NCBI GenBank assembly: GCA_964618645.1
Contig: CAZUBW010000004.1
Span: forward strand, 523-64,522
DNA from: an uncultured Bacteroidales bacterium
GTDB taxonomy: Bacteria; Bacteroidota; Bacteroidia; Bacteroidales; UBA10428
Direction: 5' to 3'
Length of the DNA stretch: 64,000 bases
Shown here: positions 35,532 to 45,701 of the stretch, one piece after another
Position numbering within the stretch: position 1 is the stretch's first letter
How the letters are laid out: each line of letters starts with the position of its first letter
The notes under the pieces: model-generated
The model's database searches: none
What the model saw: only the letters and a program-made list of their open reading frames with translations
Told to the model about the DNA's origin: nothing
Made by a program: the position numbers and the translations under genes

Positions 35532-36263
35532 TTAGATTACTATTTCCAATAAGTAAACGGCAGCATTATAAAGGCAGTGGAAATAGATACTATACCAGAT
35601 GGTTCTGTAACGAAAACGCAGGTAGCCAAGCACCAATCCAATAAAAAACAACCATATTACAGAAAAAAAAGAAAAATGTACAAACGAAAAAAGGATGGCG
35701 GTAATCAGGATCACCATCTTGGGCGTGGTAAACCGCAGTAAATTATTAAATAAAACGCCCCGGAATAACATTTCTTCGAAAAACCCCGGTAGTACGGAAA
35801 CAAAGAAAAGACCAACCGGCAGGTGTTGTGACGATATTGTCTGATAACAAACATAATAGTCCACCGTTTCCAGCTTTAGCATATTGTTGATAACATCGGC
35901 AAGCATAATGACAATCAACGCCAGACTCACAGCAAAAACTGAGAGGATCAGTAAAGGTTTCAACCTGATGTTCCATTTAAAGAGCCTGAAGAAATTTCGC
36001 AGGTCAAACAAAACAAAAACCACTATTATCAGTAAAAGCAAACTGTTAAATACTATCTCATGTGTCAGCAGGTCAATTCCGGAAGCCTCTTGCAGCGACA
36101 GAATGATGACGATCACTACACTGAGAAACAACAGTATGGTTTGCACAAAATATTTCTTATTGGCATCGGCATAGTCAATGCGGGCCCCCTGCAATTGCCG
36201 GCCACAACCTATGCAAAAATTTGCATTTGGCAGGTTATCCTTACCGCAATTGGCACATTGCAT
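35532..36263 (-). CDS. CPBP-family intramembrane glutamic endopeptidase with an N-terminal zinc ribbon
   Basis: CANCGKDNLPNANFCIGCG zinc ribbon. CPBP motif 1 FFEEMLFRG, motif 2 FSFVH, and a late-His region FHCLYN. Confidence 0.8.
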   Translation of the reverse strand: MQCANCGKDNLPNANFCIGCGRQLQGARIDYADANKKYFVQTILLFLSVVIVIILSLQEASGIDLLTHEIVFNSLLLLIIVVFVLFDLRNFFRLFKWNIRLKPLLILSVFAVSLALIVIMLADVINNMLKLETVDYYVCYQTISSQHLPVGLFFVSVLPGFFEEMLFRGVLFNNLLRFTTPKMVILITAILFSFVHFSFFSVIWLFFIGLVLGYLRFRYRTIWYSIYFHCLYNAAVYLLEIVI

Positions 36264-36268
36264 ATCGG

Positions 36269-36772
36269 CTAGGCATGGTTAATCTTGTATTTATAAGCGC
36301 CGTAAGATGCTTTGATAAAGGCGACAATGAAAATTATCTTGAAGATGATCCCTTGTAAAAAGGTCATCGGATCTACAATGCCATTCAGCAAAATGATCGA
36401 AAAATAGATCAGGGCGCCTGTAAAAATCGCAGCAAAAGCCTTGTTTGCAGCCCAAAAACCCAAACCGGCATATATTACCGCCAGTATCAGGTTAATTCCA
36501 AGCAATGCTGTATTCTCCGATTGGGCAAAAACTATTACTGCCGAAAGGGCTGTAAATCCGGCTAAAATAAACAAAACAAGGCGGGCTTGTCCAACTTTGG
36601 CCCTGACGTTATCTTCGTCAAGTTTATGGAGCGCATACTGACTGCTGAACGATTGTTGTTCTTCAGTTGTTCCCTGTAAAGGGTAACCGCACTTTGCACA
36701 AAAGTGGTCAGCATCATTGTACGGTTCGTGACAACAATAGCACCTTTGTGCTGAACTAAACTGGTTTTCCAT
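36269..36772 (-). CDS. zinc-ribbon membrane protein, unknown function
   Basis: CYCCHEPYNDADHFCAKCG followed by about 4 TM helices. 5-nt gap to the CPBP gene. Confidence 0.55.
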   Translation of the reverse strand: MENQFSSAQRCYCCHEPYNDADHFCAKCGYPLQGTTEEQQSFSSQYALHKLDEDNVRAKVGQARLVLFILAGFTALSAVIVFAQSENTALLGINLILAVIYAGLGFWAANKAFAAIFTGALIYFSIILLNGIVDPMTFLQGIIFKIIFIVAFIKASYGAYKYKINHA

Positions 36773-37030
36773 GATTTGATATATTAACTGTTATTGATCC
36801 GATTCTCTATAACCCTTCTTTCCAGCGTAATTTATGCCATATCCCAACATTACAATTATACGTAAATCCTATTTCAGGTTACGTTTTTCCGGAAATAAGT
36901 AAAGCTAAAGTTATCAGGTATATGCAGAAACGCAAGCATACTGCCGGTAAGAACAATCGGCTCAAACCATGGTATTCGTCGTTTACCGGTAACAACGCTT
37001 ATTTTACCGATTACTTGTTCGCCAGCTTGT

Positions 37031-37048
37031 TAACAATTGTTACATTTG
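37031..37048 (+). promoter_or_regulatory. 12-bp perfect palindrome TAACAATTGTTA overlapping a -7 box TACATTTG, upstream of the LiaF-like/LytS/LytTR operon
   Basis: TAACAATTGTTA (37031-37042) is its own reverse complement. TACATTTG (37041-37048) matches TAnnTTTG and lies 31 nt before the ATG at 37080. Confidence 0.55.
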
Positions 37049-37079
37049 TTTGCATTATCATTTCAGGAGGAAAAAAATC

Positions 37080-37811
37080 ATGGAAAGAAAACCAAGAGAA
37101 CAAAGTATTCGGGATCAAAGGCTATTGCTGGGCGTAGCCATTATTATTGTGGGACTTTTGCTAATGGCCAATAATTTTGGCTGGCTCGACTATGAGATCC
37201 GGAGGTATATTTTCCGTTGGGAAGTTGTTCTCATCGGACTCGGCATAATATTTATTGCCGGTCGTCACCACCGTTCCACCGGAATTGTGTTACTCGTTAT
37301 TGGTGGTGTTTTTTATCTCCGTGAATTCCTGCACCTTGATTTTAATTTTTGGCAGATATTCTGGCCCGGAATGCTCATCCTGGCAGGTATCCTGGTTTTA
37401 TTCCGACATGTCCTCGATAAGGATCCGGAACTCCAAAACCGCGTGCTTACAGGCGAACACTATATTGATGAGATAGCCGTATTTGGCGGTGGCGATCGCG
37501 TGGTAACCTCACAGGAGTTTAAAGGCGGAAAAATTACCACCATTTTCGGTGGCCTGAACTATAACATGCTGAAAGCCAAACTTGCACCAGGTGAAAATTA
37601 TATTGATGTTTTCTGCCTTTTTGGCGGCATGAAATTAATCGTTCCCGAAAGCTGGCCGGTAAAAATCAGGGTGATGTCGCTTTTTGGAGGCTTCAGCGAT
37701 AAACACAGGTACAGGATGACGGAAAATGATTCCAATGATCAGTCATCCCAATTAGTCATTAAGGGAATTGCCATATTTGGCGGTGGCGAAATAAAAAGCT
37801 TCTTCGACTAA
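37080..37811 (+). CDS. LiaF-like (cell-wall-active-antibiotic response) membrane protein
   Basis: N-terminal TM helices, then a C-terminal repeated FGG pattern (AVFGGGDRVV..TIFGGLNY..CLFGGMKLIVPESWPV..SLFGGFSD..AIFGGGEI). The ATG at 37080 follows AGGAGG; the tracked TTG at 37050 abuts the promoter box. Confidence 0.7.
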   Translation: MERKPREQSIRDQRLLLGVAIIIVGLLLMANNFGWLDYEIRRYIFRWEVVLIGLGIIFIAGRHHRSTGIVLLVIGGVFYLREFLHLDFNFWQIFWPGMLILAGILVLFRHVLDKDPELQNRVLTGEHYIDEIAVFGGGDRVVTSQEFKGGKITTIFGGLNYNMLKAKLAPGENYIDVFCLFGGMKLIVPESWPVKIRVMSLFGGFSDKHRYRMTENDSNDQSSQLVIKGIAIFGGGEIKSFFD

Positions 37812-37829
37812 CATGACCCCTTGCGAGCC

Positions 37830-38879
37830 ATGCAAAACCCTATACTGAACAACCGTAAAACATCATTCTATTACCTGGGTATCTGGGGTATAGTGGCATG
37901 TCTTCATGTATTCCTGCTTGTTTTTTCAGGCGACATATTCCTTACCACTGCCATTGCCGACTCGGTAATTGTCAACCTGTTGTTCTGTGCCATTGGCCTG
38001 GGTTTGTGGTTTCCCATTTTCTTCTCCCACAGTGAAAATGAAAAAATCTTCAGCACCATCATTAACAACCTGGTGGGCGGTATTGTCACCATCAGTTTAT
38101 GGCTGGGTTTCAGCTATTTTATGCTGGTATCCATGTATCATAACGATCATGAATATATCGCTTTCCTGAAAAATTCATTGCCCTGGCGGGCCGGTATAGG
38201 TTTTCTTTATTACGAAGTGCTGATCCTGGTTTATCACCTGATCATCTTCCACAAAAACAACCAGGAAAATCAATTGAAGGAGTCAGAACTAAAAGCACTG
38301 GTCAAAGAATCGGAACTCAATTCACTTAAGTCGCAGATCAATCCGCACTTTCTTTTCAACAGCCTCAACTCAATCAGCTCCCTGACCATGATTGAACCTG
38401 CCAAAGCACAGGAAATGATCATCAAGCTATCGCTGTTTCTGCGTTATACCACGTCCAACAAAGATGAAAAACTAACATCCCTCGAAGAAGAAATGGGCAA
38501 TATCAATCGCTACCTCGATATTGAAAAGATCCGGTTTGGCAAACGCCTGACCGTAAAACAACAGGTTCCCGAGCCCTGCCGAAAGCTGAAACTGCCGGGA
38601 CTGATCCTCCAGCCTTTGGTTGAAAATGCCATAAAATATGGCGTTTACGAAAGTATCGATGAATCAGTTATCGAGATCAACTGTTCATGTAATTCCACCA
38701 TGCTCAGCATCTGCATTTGCAACGAGTGGGATTCCGATTACCAGGTCAGCAAAGGGGAAGGCATCGGACTTAAGAACATCAAAAGCCGGCTCCGGCTGCT
38801 ATACAACCGCGACGACCTGCTGCTGATCAGAAAAAATGAACACCTTTTTGAAGTAAATATTTTATTCCCGCAATCGTAA
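37830..38879 (+). CDS. LytS/YehU-type sensor histidine kinase
   Basis: About 5 TM helices, then the His_kinase motif QINPHFLFNSLNSI and the ATPase region LILQPLVENAIKYG...GEGIGLKN. Confidence 0.85.
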   Translation: MQNPILNNRKTSFYYLGIWGIVACLHVFLLVFSGDIFLTTAIADSVIVNLLFCAIGLGLWFPIFFSHSENEKIFSTIINNLVGGIVTISLWLGFSYFMLVSMYHNDHEYIAFLKNSLPWRAGIGFLYYEVLILVYHLIIFHKNNQENQLKESELKALVKESELNSLKSQINPHFLFNSLNSISSLTMIEPAKAQEMIIKLSLFLRYTTSNKDEKLTSLEEEMGNINRYLDIEKIRFGKRLTVKQQVPEPCRKLKLPGLILQPLVENAIKYGVYESIDESVIEINCSCNSTMLSICICNEWDSDYQVSKGEGIGLKNIKSRLRLLYNRDDLLLIRKNEHLFEVNILFPQS

Positions 38880-38885
38880 AATACC

Positions 38886-39632
38886 ATGGAAGCATTTAAA
38901 GCCCTGATTATCGACGACGAGCAACTGGCCCGTGAGCTGATTAAAAACTACCTGAAAGACTTTTCCGGAATTCAACTGATAGGCGAATGTGAGAACGGCT
39001 TTGAAGGAGCAAAGCTCATTGCCGAATTAAAACCCGACCTGGTTTTTCTGGATATCCAAATGCCCAAACTGAATGGATTTGAAATGCTCGAACTGGTTGA
39101 TGATCCCCCGGAAATCATATTCATTACCGCACACAACGATTTTGCCATCAAGGCATTTGAAATGAACGCCGTGGATTACCTGCTGAAGCCCTATTCAAAA
39201 GAACGACTGCTGGCAGCCATTGATAAAGCAACTGAAAGGCTTAAAGCCGGACAACAGAAAGATGAAACCATTCGTGAACTGATTCATCAACCGCTTACCG
39301 AAACACTCGAACGTATTGTTGTAAAATCGGGTTCTAAAATAAGGGTGATCCCGGTAGATAAAATTATTTACCTCGAAGCACAGGACGATTACATCATGAT
39401 TTACACCGACGAGGGAAAACACCTCAAACAAGGCACCATGAAACATTATGAAGACCATCTCGACCATTCGGCGTTCATCAGGGTGCACCGTTCGTATATC
39501 GTCCGTGTTGACCAGGTAGTGCAGATTGAACCCTATACCAAAGAAACCTATATGCTGAAACTCAAAAACGGAACAACCCTCAAAGTAAGCCGGAACGGGT
39601 TGAAAAACCTCAGGGACAAGCTCGATTTCTGA
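38886..39632 (+). CDS. LytTR-family response regulator
   Basis: REC domain (IIDDE...DLVFLDIQMP..G) plus a C-terminal LytTR domain (IIYLEAQDDYIMIYT...FIRVHRSYIV). Confidence 0.9.
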   Translation: MEAFKALIIDDEQLARELIKNYLKDFSGIQLIGECENGFEGAKLIAELKPDLVFLDIQMPKLNGFEMLELVDDPPEIIFITAHNDFAIKAFEMNAVDYLLKPYSKERLLAAIDKATERLKAGQQKDETIRELIHQPLTETLERIVVKSGSKIRVIPVDKIIYLEAQDDYIMIYTDEGKHLKQGTMKHYEDHLDHSAFIRVHRSYIVRVDQVVQIEPYTKETYMLKLKNGTTLKVSRNGLKNLRDKLDF

Positions 39633-39650
39633 TGATTTCAGCCATACAGG

Positions 39651-40781
39651 TTAACGCCTGAATAAAGCGGCAAGCTTCAGCGCCAGATCAAGAAATACAA
39701 TTCGGCCACTGGCATTGCGTTCAATATCTGCAATGGCTTTGTTCAGTTCACCGGTGAAGGCTATTACGTTGTTGCCGGTAACAAAGGGAGCAAAATTGGG
39801 TATGAATTCTTTTTCCTTCCCCGCCACAAAAACAATATCGCGTTGACTGAAATGCAGGGCAAGGCTTTCGCGGATCACCCGCAACCCGTATTCCAAAAAC
39901 GATTTTTGTTTTTCACGGTTCAGGGTGGCCAGCTCTTCCGCATGCTTCACCAGCTCAGGGATACTGGACTTGAAACAACTACGCATCAGGTCCCTAAACC
40001 GGGTAAAGTTGTAGCTTTCATCCGCTGTTTCTTCAGCAATTTCAATGGCCCTGAGGAAGCTGCCATCAGCCAGCCTGGCAATCTCACCAGCCTCATCCCC
40101 GGAAAGGCTTTTTCGCTGCATTAACGCATCTTTCAAATCGACTTCGCTTATCCGCGGCACTTTAACCGAAAGACAACGCGAGCGGATAGTGGTAAGCAAG
40201 GCATCAGGATTTTCACTCACCAGCATGAAAACAGTAAGTGGTGGCGGTTCCTCGAGTAATTTCAACAACTTGTTGCTGGCCTGGTCGTTCATTTTTTCGG
40301 GCTGCCAGATAATTACCACCTTATAATCCGATTCAAATGCTTTAAGCGACATTTTAGCCGCCAACCGCTTGCTCTCCTCGGTGTTGATAACCCCCTGCCT
40401 GTTCTCCAGATCGATGTGGTTATACCATTGGGTAAGCCGTCCATAGGCATTGGCAGCAAGAAATGTCCGCCAATCGGCAATAAAATCATCACTGGTTACT
40501 CCGTCCTTATCTACCGAATGCGACCGGTTCACCGGAAAAACAAAATGAAGATCAGGATGTATATACTTGTTGGTTTTATTACAGCTGACACAACTGCCAC
40601 ACGCATCCTTTTCACCACGGCTGGTGCATAAGATATACCCGGCAAAGGCAAGTGCAAGAGGTAAAGCGCCTGAACCTTCGGGTCCAAAGAACAACCAGGC
40701 ATGACTTACCCTGTTCTCCCTGACAGTTTTGATTAACCGGTTTTTTAACCCTTCGTGGCCAACTACATCCCTGAAAAACAT
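39651..40781 (-). CDS. holB: DNA polymerase III subunit delta'
   Basis: HAWLFFGPEGSG, a Cys cluster C..CGSCVSC, and NKLLKLLEEPP. The ATG at 40781 is chosen because a TACCTTTG box (40824-40831) lies inside the longer tracked ORF. Confidence 0.8.
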   Translation of the reverse strand: MFFRDVVGHEGLKNRLIKTVRENRVSHAWLFFGPEGSGALPLALAFAGYILCTSRGEKDACGSCVSCNKTNKYIHPDLHFVFPVNRSHSVDKDGVTSDDFIADWRTFLAANAYGRLTQWYNHIDLENRQGVINTEESKRLAAKMSLKAFESDYKVVIIWQPEKMNDQASNKLLKLLEEPPPLTVFMLVSENPDALLTTIRSRCLSVKVPRISEVDLKDALMQRKSLSGDEAGEIARLADGSFLRAIEIAEETADESYNFTRFRDLMRSCFKSSIPELVKHAEELATLNREKQKSFLEYGLRVIRESLALHFSQRDIVFVAGKEKEFIPNFAPFVTGNNVIAFTGELNKAIADIERNASGRIVFLDLALKLAALFRR

Positions 40782-40823
40782 GATGATGAAAATGAGGTAA
40801 AGCTTTTCGAAATAAGCAGGTGC

Positions 40824-40831
40824 CAAAGGTA
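40824..40831 (-). promoter_or_regulatory. -7 box TACCTTTG upstream of holB
   Basis: The minus strand reads TTTACCTTTGGCA, 42 nt upstream of the ATG at 40781. Confidence 0.55.
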
Positions 40832-40847
40832 AATAAAAATACTTTTT

Positions 40848-40855
40848 TATCTTTG
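40848..40855 (+). promoter_or_regulatory. -7 box TATCTTTG upstream of pgk
   Basis: TAnnTTTG match 28 nt before the ATG at 40884. Divergent from the holB promoter. Confidence 0.6.
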
Positions 40856-40883
40856 TTCATTATTAACTCAACAATATACCTAC

Positions 40884-42149
40884 ATGCAAACAATAGATAA
40901 TTTCAGCTTTAAAGGAAAAAAAGCAATTGTAAGGGTCGACTTCAATGTTCCGCTTAACAAGCAGACATTTGAAGTTACCGACGACACCCGCATCAGAGGC
41001 GCCTTACCCACTATTAAAAAAATCATCAGCGATGGTGGTTCCGCCATTCTGATGTCACACCTGGGCAGACCCGATGGAAAAGTACAGGATAAATATTCGC
41101 TGAAACATGTTGTATCTGCCGTTGAAAAAGTTGTTGGCTCCACGGTTAAATTTGCGGGCGACTGCATGGGTGATAACGCCAGGCAAATGGCTGCTAACCT
41201 GAAACCCGGGGAAATAATGCTACTCGAAAACCTCAGGTTTTACGAAGAAGAAGAAGGAAAACCTTACTCCCTGGGCGAAGATGCCACTGATGAACAAAAA
41301 AAAGCCGCCAAGGCTAAGGTTAAGGAAAGCCAGAAAAATTTTGTGAAACAACTTGCGGGCTATGCCGACTGTTACGTAAATGACGCTTTTGGAACCGCAC
41401 ACCGTGCACATGCCTCAACAGCCCTGATAGCCGACCTTTTCCCCGATGATAACAAAATGTTTGGTTACCTGATCACAGCTGAACTTAACGCCATGGACAA
41501 GGTATTGAAAGCCCCCGGTAAACCCTTTACCGCCATCATGGGCGGAGCCAAGGTTTCAGATAAAATACAGGTTATCGAAAACCTGCTCCCGCGTATTGAT
41601 AACCTTATCATCGGAGGCGGTATGACCTATACTTTCATTAAGGCCCAGGGTGGAAAAATTGGCAATTCGCTTTGCGAAGCCGATAAACTCGACCTGGCGC
41701 TTAGCATTCTCGAAAAAGCCAAAAGCAATAATGTAAAGGTTTACCTGCCGGTTGACGCGGTTAACGCTGATAAATTCGATGCCGAAGCTGCTACCGGAAA
41801 ATCGCGTGTTGATGAAACACCCGATGGCTGGATGGGCCTCGATATTGGCGATGAAACCATTAAAATATTTTCGGAAGTAATTGGCAATTCCAGTACCGTA
41901 TTGTGGAACGGTCCCATGGGTGTTTTTGAAATGCCCAAATTTGCTGCCGGAACCTCTGCCATCGCAAAAGCCATTGCCGAAGCAACTGCCAAAGGAGCCT
42001 TCAGCCTTATCGGAGGCGGAGATTCCGTTGCCGCCATCAATAAAAATAAACTTGCCGATAAGGTTAGTTATGTTTCAACCGGAGGCGGTGCCATGCTCGA
42101 ATACATCGAAGGAAAGGATCTTCCTGGTATCAAGGCCATACGTAAGTAG
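40884..42149 (+). CDS. pgk: phosphoglycerate kinase
   Basis: [35 protein letters not shown] and STGGGA motifs. Confidence 0.95.
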   Translation: MQTIDNFSFKGKKAIVRVDFNVPLNKQTFEVTDDTRIRGALPTIKKIISDGGSAILMSHLGRPDGKVQDKYSLKHVVSAVEKVVGSTVKFAGDCMGDNARQMAANLKPGEIMLLENLRFYEEEEGKPYSLGEDATDEQKKAAKAKVKESQKNFVKQLAGYADCYVNDAFGTAHRAHASTALIADLFPDDNKMFGYLITAELNAMDKVLKAPGKPFTAIMGGAKVSDKIQVIENLLPRIDNLIIGGGMTYTFIKAQGGKIGNSLCEADKLDLALSILEKAKSNNVKVYLPVDAVNADKFDAEAATGKSRVDETPDGWMGLDIGDETIKIFSEVIGNSSTVLWNGPMGVFEMPKFAAGTSAIAKAIAEATAKGAFSLIGGGDSVAAINKNKLADKVSYVSTGGGAMLEYIEGKDLPGIKAIRK

Positions 42150-42176
42150 TATAGCCAAACCTCCCTTTGCTGGCAT

Positions 42177-42214
42177 AATGCCCGTTCTGGCCGGTTGCAG
42201 CCATTACGGGCATT
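42177..42214 (+). terminator. extended hairpin downstream of pgk (no T-run)
   Basis: AATGCCCGT / ACGGGCATT outer stem enclosing a TGGC / GCCA inner stem. Not followed by a U-tract, so its function is uncertain. Confidence 0.3.
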
Positions 42215-42289
42215 GTCATTCCATAGGCGTAAGCCCTTTTAGCACACAACCATACAATAATCCTATACAGGCAATTTAATTCCATACGG

Positions 42290-43114
42290 ATGAAGAAAAA
42301 CAACATCGCCATCCTCGGTGGAGGCAACCTGGGAACCTCTCTGGCAAAAGGCCTGATCCATTCGGGCTTAATATCCCACGAATCCCTGATCATTACTGAA
42401 AAACGTGACTCGAGACAGGCATTTCTCAAAAGTCAGGGCTTTAGGGTAACCGACGATAACCGTCAGGCCGTTAATGAGGCCAGTATTATAGTGGCTTCGG
42501 TTAAACCCCAGCAATTCGGGTCACTCGCCGAAGAAATAAAAGGGATTATTACCGGCAACCATATGCTGATCTCCACGGTGACCGGTATTACTTTCAGGGA
42601 AATCGAAAGCATTCTCGGAAAAATCCCCATGCTGCGGATCATGCCCAATACAGCCCTTGAGATTTGTGAATCCATGACCTGCCTTTCTTTTAAAAACACC
42701 TCCCCGGACCAGGAAAAAGCCATGCTTGCTATTTTCGACAAAATGGGAAAAACCCTGGTTATCCCCGAAGACATGATGGATGCGGCAACAGTGGTTGGTG
42801 CCTGTGGAATAGCTTTCGCACTCCGTTTCATGCGAGCCATGTCACAAGGGGGTATCGAAATCGGCTTTAATGCCGAAATGTCGCAGTTTATAACTGCACA
42901 AACCGTTAAAGGAGCGGCCCAGTTAATTGTCGAAACCAGTAATCACCCCGAAAAAGAGATTGATAAAGTTACCACACCCCAGGGAATCACTATTTCCGGT
43001 CTCAATGAAATGGAGCACCAGGGGCTTTCATCGGCCGTCATCAGGGGACTTATCACTTCCTATAACAAACTGGGAAACCTCGGAACCAGGGTCACGAAAT
43101 CCGGAAAGGACTAG
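42290..43114 (+). CDS. proC: pyrroline-5-carboxylate reductase
   Basis: IAILGGGNLGTSLAKG, VKPQ, RIMPNTA, and VTTPQGITISGL. Confidence 0.9.
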   Translation: MKKNNIAILGGGNLGTSLAKGLIHSGLISHESLIITEKRDSRQAFLKSQGFRVTDDNRQAVNEASIIVASVKPQQFGSLAEEIKGIITGNHMLISTVTGITFREIESILGKIPMLRIMPNTALEICESMTCLSFKNTSPDQEKAMLAIFDKMGKTLVIPEDMMDAATVVGACGIAFALRFMRAMSQGGIEIGFNAEMSQFITAQTVKGAAQLIVETSNHPEKEIDKVTTPQGITISGLNEMEHQGLSSAVIRGLITSYNKLGNLGTRVTKSGKD

Positions 43115-43144
43115 CATTTCCAGTTATAATACAATCAAAAGGCT

Positions 43145-43984
43145 ATGAACAGCATCGAAGATTTCCCCAAATACCTCTACGAACAGTATAACAGCTTTCG
43201 GAAAGAGGTACCCTCCATGACGAAATCGCACCGTTTTATCGATAACCTGATCTATTTTCTTTTCCCCTTCAAAATCGATAAAAAGTGCACCCTGCCCCTG
43301 ATCGATCTGAACCTGGCCCAATTACAGCTCGATTTCAAAGACCTGATCACTCCCCTTGAATCCATCCTTGAGGAGCCCATTAATGATCTTTGCACCCAAT
43401 TTTTTAATGAAATTCCGGGTATTTACGAAAGCCTTACAGAAGATGCACAGCTTTTTGTGGATTTCGACCCTGCTGCGCGTTCACGTGAAAGCGTTATTTT
43501 ATATTACCCGGGGTTTTATGCCATATCGGTTTACAGGCTTTCCCATGTACTTTTCAAACTGAAAATACCCTACCTGCCCCGGATGATCTCCGAATTTGCC
43601 CATAGCAAAACAGGTATTGATATTCACCCGGGAGCTTTTATCGGAAGTCATTTTTTTATCGACCATGGAACCGGTATTGTAATTGGTGAAACCACCCAAA
43701 TTGGCAACAACGTGAAAATTTACCAGGGGGTTACCCTTGGCGCTGCCTCAGTTGACAAAAGTATGAAGGGAAAGAAAAGACACCCCACCCTTGAAGACAA
43801 TGTTATTGTTTACTCTGGTACTACCATCCTGGGCGGAGAAACAATCATAGGCCACGATACCGTCATTGGTGGTAACGTGTGGCTCACCAAAAGCGTTCCG
43901 CCATTCTCCATTGTTTATCACGAAAGCAAGGTGGTCATCCGCGACAATAAAAACCTCAGCAAACCCGATAATTTTGTTATCTGA
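43145..43984 (+). CDS. cysE: serine O-acetyltransferase (long N-terminal form)
   Basis: GIDIHPGAFIGSHFFIDHGTGIVIGETTQIGNNVKIYQGVTLG hexapeptide core. Located directly upstream of cysK. Confidence 0.85.
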   Translation: MNSIEDFPKYLYEQYNSFRKEVPSMTKSHRFIDNLIYFLFPFKIDKKCTLPLIDLNLAQLQLDFKDLITPLESILEEPINDLCTQFFNEIPGIYESLTEDAQLFVDFDPAARSRESVILYYPGFYAISVYRLSHVLFKLKIPYLPRMISEFAHSKTGIDIHPGAFIGSHFFIDHGTGIVIGETTQIGNNVKIYQGVTLGAASVDKSMKGKKRHPTLEDNVIVYSGTTILGGETIIGHDTVIGGNVWLTKSVPPFSIVYHESKVVIRDNKNLSKPDNFVI

Positions 43985-44048
43985 ACACTTGCCCGGATAA
44001 GTTGTTTACCCGTTGCTCACAACCTAATAATAATTATCGCTAAATACC

Positions 44049-44960
44049 ATGAAAGCATATAACATACTTGAAACCATAGGGGATACCCCGCATGTCTGCA
44101 TTAACAACCTGTTTGGCAAGGATCACGAAGTATGGTTCAAATTAGAACGGTTTAACCCGGGCGGAAGCATTAAAGACCGTATTGCCCTGGCCATGATTGA
44201 TGATGCAGAAAAAAAAGGTTTGCTGAAACCCGGATCGGTTATCGTTGAACCCACCTCGGGGAATACCGGTATAGGACTGGCCATGGTAGCCGCTATCAAA
44301 CATTACCGGCTGATCCTGGTTATGCCCGAATCGTTTTCGGTTGAGCGCAGGAAAATAATGGAGGCCTATGGCGCTGAGTTTGAATTGACGCCACGTGAAA
44401 AAGGCATGCAGGGAGCCATTGACAAGGCCAATGAAATAGTCGCCTCAAACCCCAATGCCTGGATGCCGCTTCAGTTCGAGAACGAGGCTAACATCCAGAT
44501 CCACCGGGAAACAACTGCCCTCGAAATTGTCAGGGATTTCCCCAACGGCATTGATTTTCTGATTGGTGGCGTTGGAACCGGCGGCCATATTACCGGGGTA
44601 GGCGAAGTGCTGAAAGCACAATTCCCCAATACCAAGGTATTTGCATTTGAACCTGAATTATCGCCCATTATCAGCGGCGGGAAACCGGGCCCGCATCCCC
44701 TGCAGGGCATCGGTGCCAATTTCATCCCCAAAAACCTCCATACCCATATACTCGATGGTGTAATTACGGTTTCGAAAGAAGAAGCTTTCAACTATGCCCG
44801 CCGGGCAGCTAAAGAAGAAGGTATCTTTGTAGGCATTTCTTCGGGTGCGGCATTGGCGGCCGTTGCCAAAAAACTTCCGGATATTCCGCACGGATCAGTC
44901 ATTCTCACTTTCAATTACGACACGGGTGAACGTTATTTATCGGTTGACGACCTTTTCTGA
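44049..44960 (+). CDS. cysK: cysteine synthase A (O-acetylserine sulfhydrylase)
   Basis: PLP-lysine motif [22 protein letters not shown], and [10 protein letters not shown]. Confidence 0.93.
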   Translation: MKAYNILETIGDTPHVCINNLFGKDHEVWFKLERFNPGGSIKDRIALAMIDDAEKKGLLKPGSVIVEPTSGNTGIGLAMVAAIKHYRLILVMPESFSVERRKIMEAYGAEFELTPREKGMQGAIDKANEIVASNPNAWMPLQFENEANIQIHRETTALEIVRDFPNGIDFLIGGVGTGGHITGVGEVLKAQFPNTKVFAFEPELSPIISGGKPGPHPLQGIGANFIPKNLHTHILDGVITVSKEEAFNYARRAAKEEGIFVGISSGAALAAVAKKLPDIPHGSVILTFNYDTGERYLSVDDLF

Positions 44961-45661
44961 ACAGTTGTACCCGATTTATACAACACCCTTTCGAGCTCAC
45001 TTTTAATAATACCCGTCCATAAGGCATAACCTCTTTCATTCAGATGAAGGCGGTCGGGCTGAAACAAGTCAGCCCTTGGCATCCCATCGTTGTTTAAAAA
45101 CGCATCGGCTGCAGCAATATAGTAAGCATGGGCATCCTGTTCACAGTAGTTGCGGATCAGTTCACCTGCCTGTCTGATTTCGGGCCAAACCTCCCACCTT
45201 AGCGCTGTTGGCGTTGTAGAAATCCAGCATACCGGAACGTCAGGATATTTTTCACGTATCGTTTTTAGCAATCCCCCGAACAAGGCTGCTACTTCCTCCG
45301 GACGCTTGTCATCTTCGTTACCGGTAATGTCATTGGCAATAAAAAGCACAATGGCACTAAAGGTATGTGGATAGATGATCCGCCGGGCATAATAATTGAA
45401 ATCATCAAGTTTGGCGCCCCCGTAACCACGCTGAATAACCTGAAAAGGCATCATGTCCTCCTGTAATGTCGACCATAACCGAATACTCGAACTTCCGGCA
45501 AACAATACAGCATCCGGAGCATAACTTTCAACACTGTCGGCATGTTCAAATTTACGGATATCAGGCTCCCATACTTCATAACCCGATGGTTGTGAAAACC
45601 CTTGTTGCGCAGCTATCAGCCAACTAATTGTTCCAAAAAAACCAACTATTACATACTTCAT
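44933..45661 (-). CDS. SGNH/GDSL-type hydrolase, secreted
   Basis: Signal-like N-terminus. Block I FAGSSSI, GYGG, block III NDI, and a late D..H region (DRLHLN). Its 3' end overlaps the cysK 3' end by 28 nt. Confidence 0.7.
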   Translation of the reverse strand: MKYVIVGFFGTISWLIAAQQGFSQPSGYEVWEPDIRKFEHADSVESYAPDAVLFAGSSSIRLWSTLQEDMMPFQVIQRGYGGAKLDDFNYYARRIIYPHTFSAIVLFIANDITGNEDDKRPEEVAALFGGLLKTIREKYPDVPVCWISTTPTALRWEVWPEIRQAGELIRNYCEQDAHAYYIAAADAFLNNDGMPRADLFQPDRLHLNERGYALWTGIIKSELERVLYKSGTTVQKRSSTDK

Positions 45662-45701
45662 GATTACCGATTGTTAAAAAATGACCGTTGGATCAGGTAA
45701 T

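Noticed and set aside
36834-36902. A 22-aa ORF (MPYPNITIIRKSYFRLRFSGNK) in the gap beside the LytTR module, considered as a possible signalling or bacteriocin-like peptide.
   Set aside because: It has no double-glycine or other leader motif, no promoter box directly upstream and no export or modification genes. It is indistinguishable from chance.
36922-37137. A 71-aa plus-strand ORF spanning the promoter region and 5' end of the LiaF-like gene.
   Set aside because: It runs through the palindrome and -7 box and is out of frame with the supported CDS. It is most likely spurious.
44933-44960. A 28-nt overlap of the convergent 3' ends of cysK and the SGNH hydrolase gene.
   Set aside because: It is real in the sequence but not unusual in compact genomes. 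It has no further structure to interpret, apart from the absence of room for a terminator.
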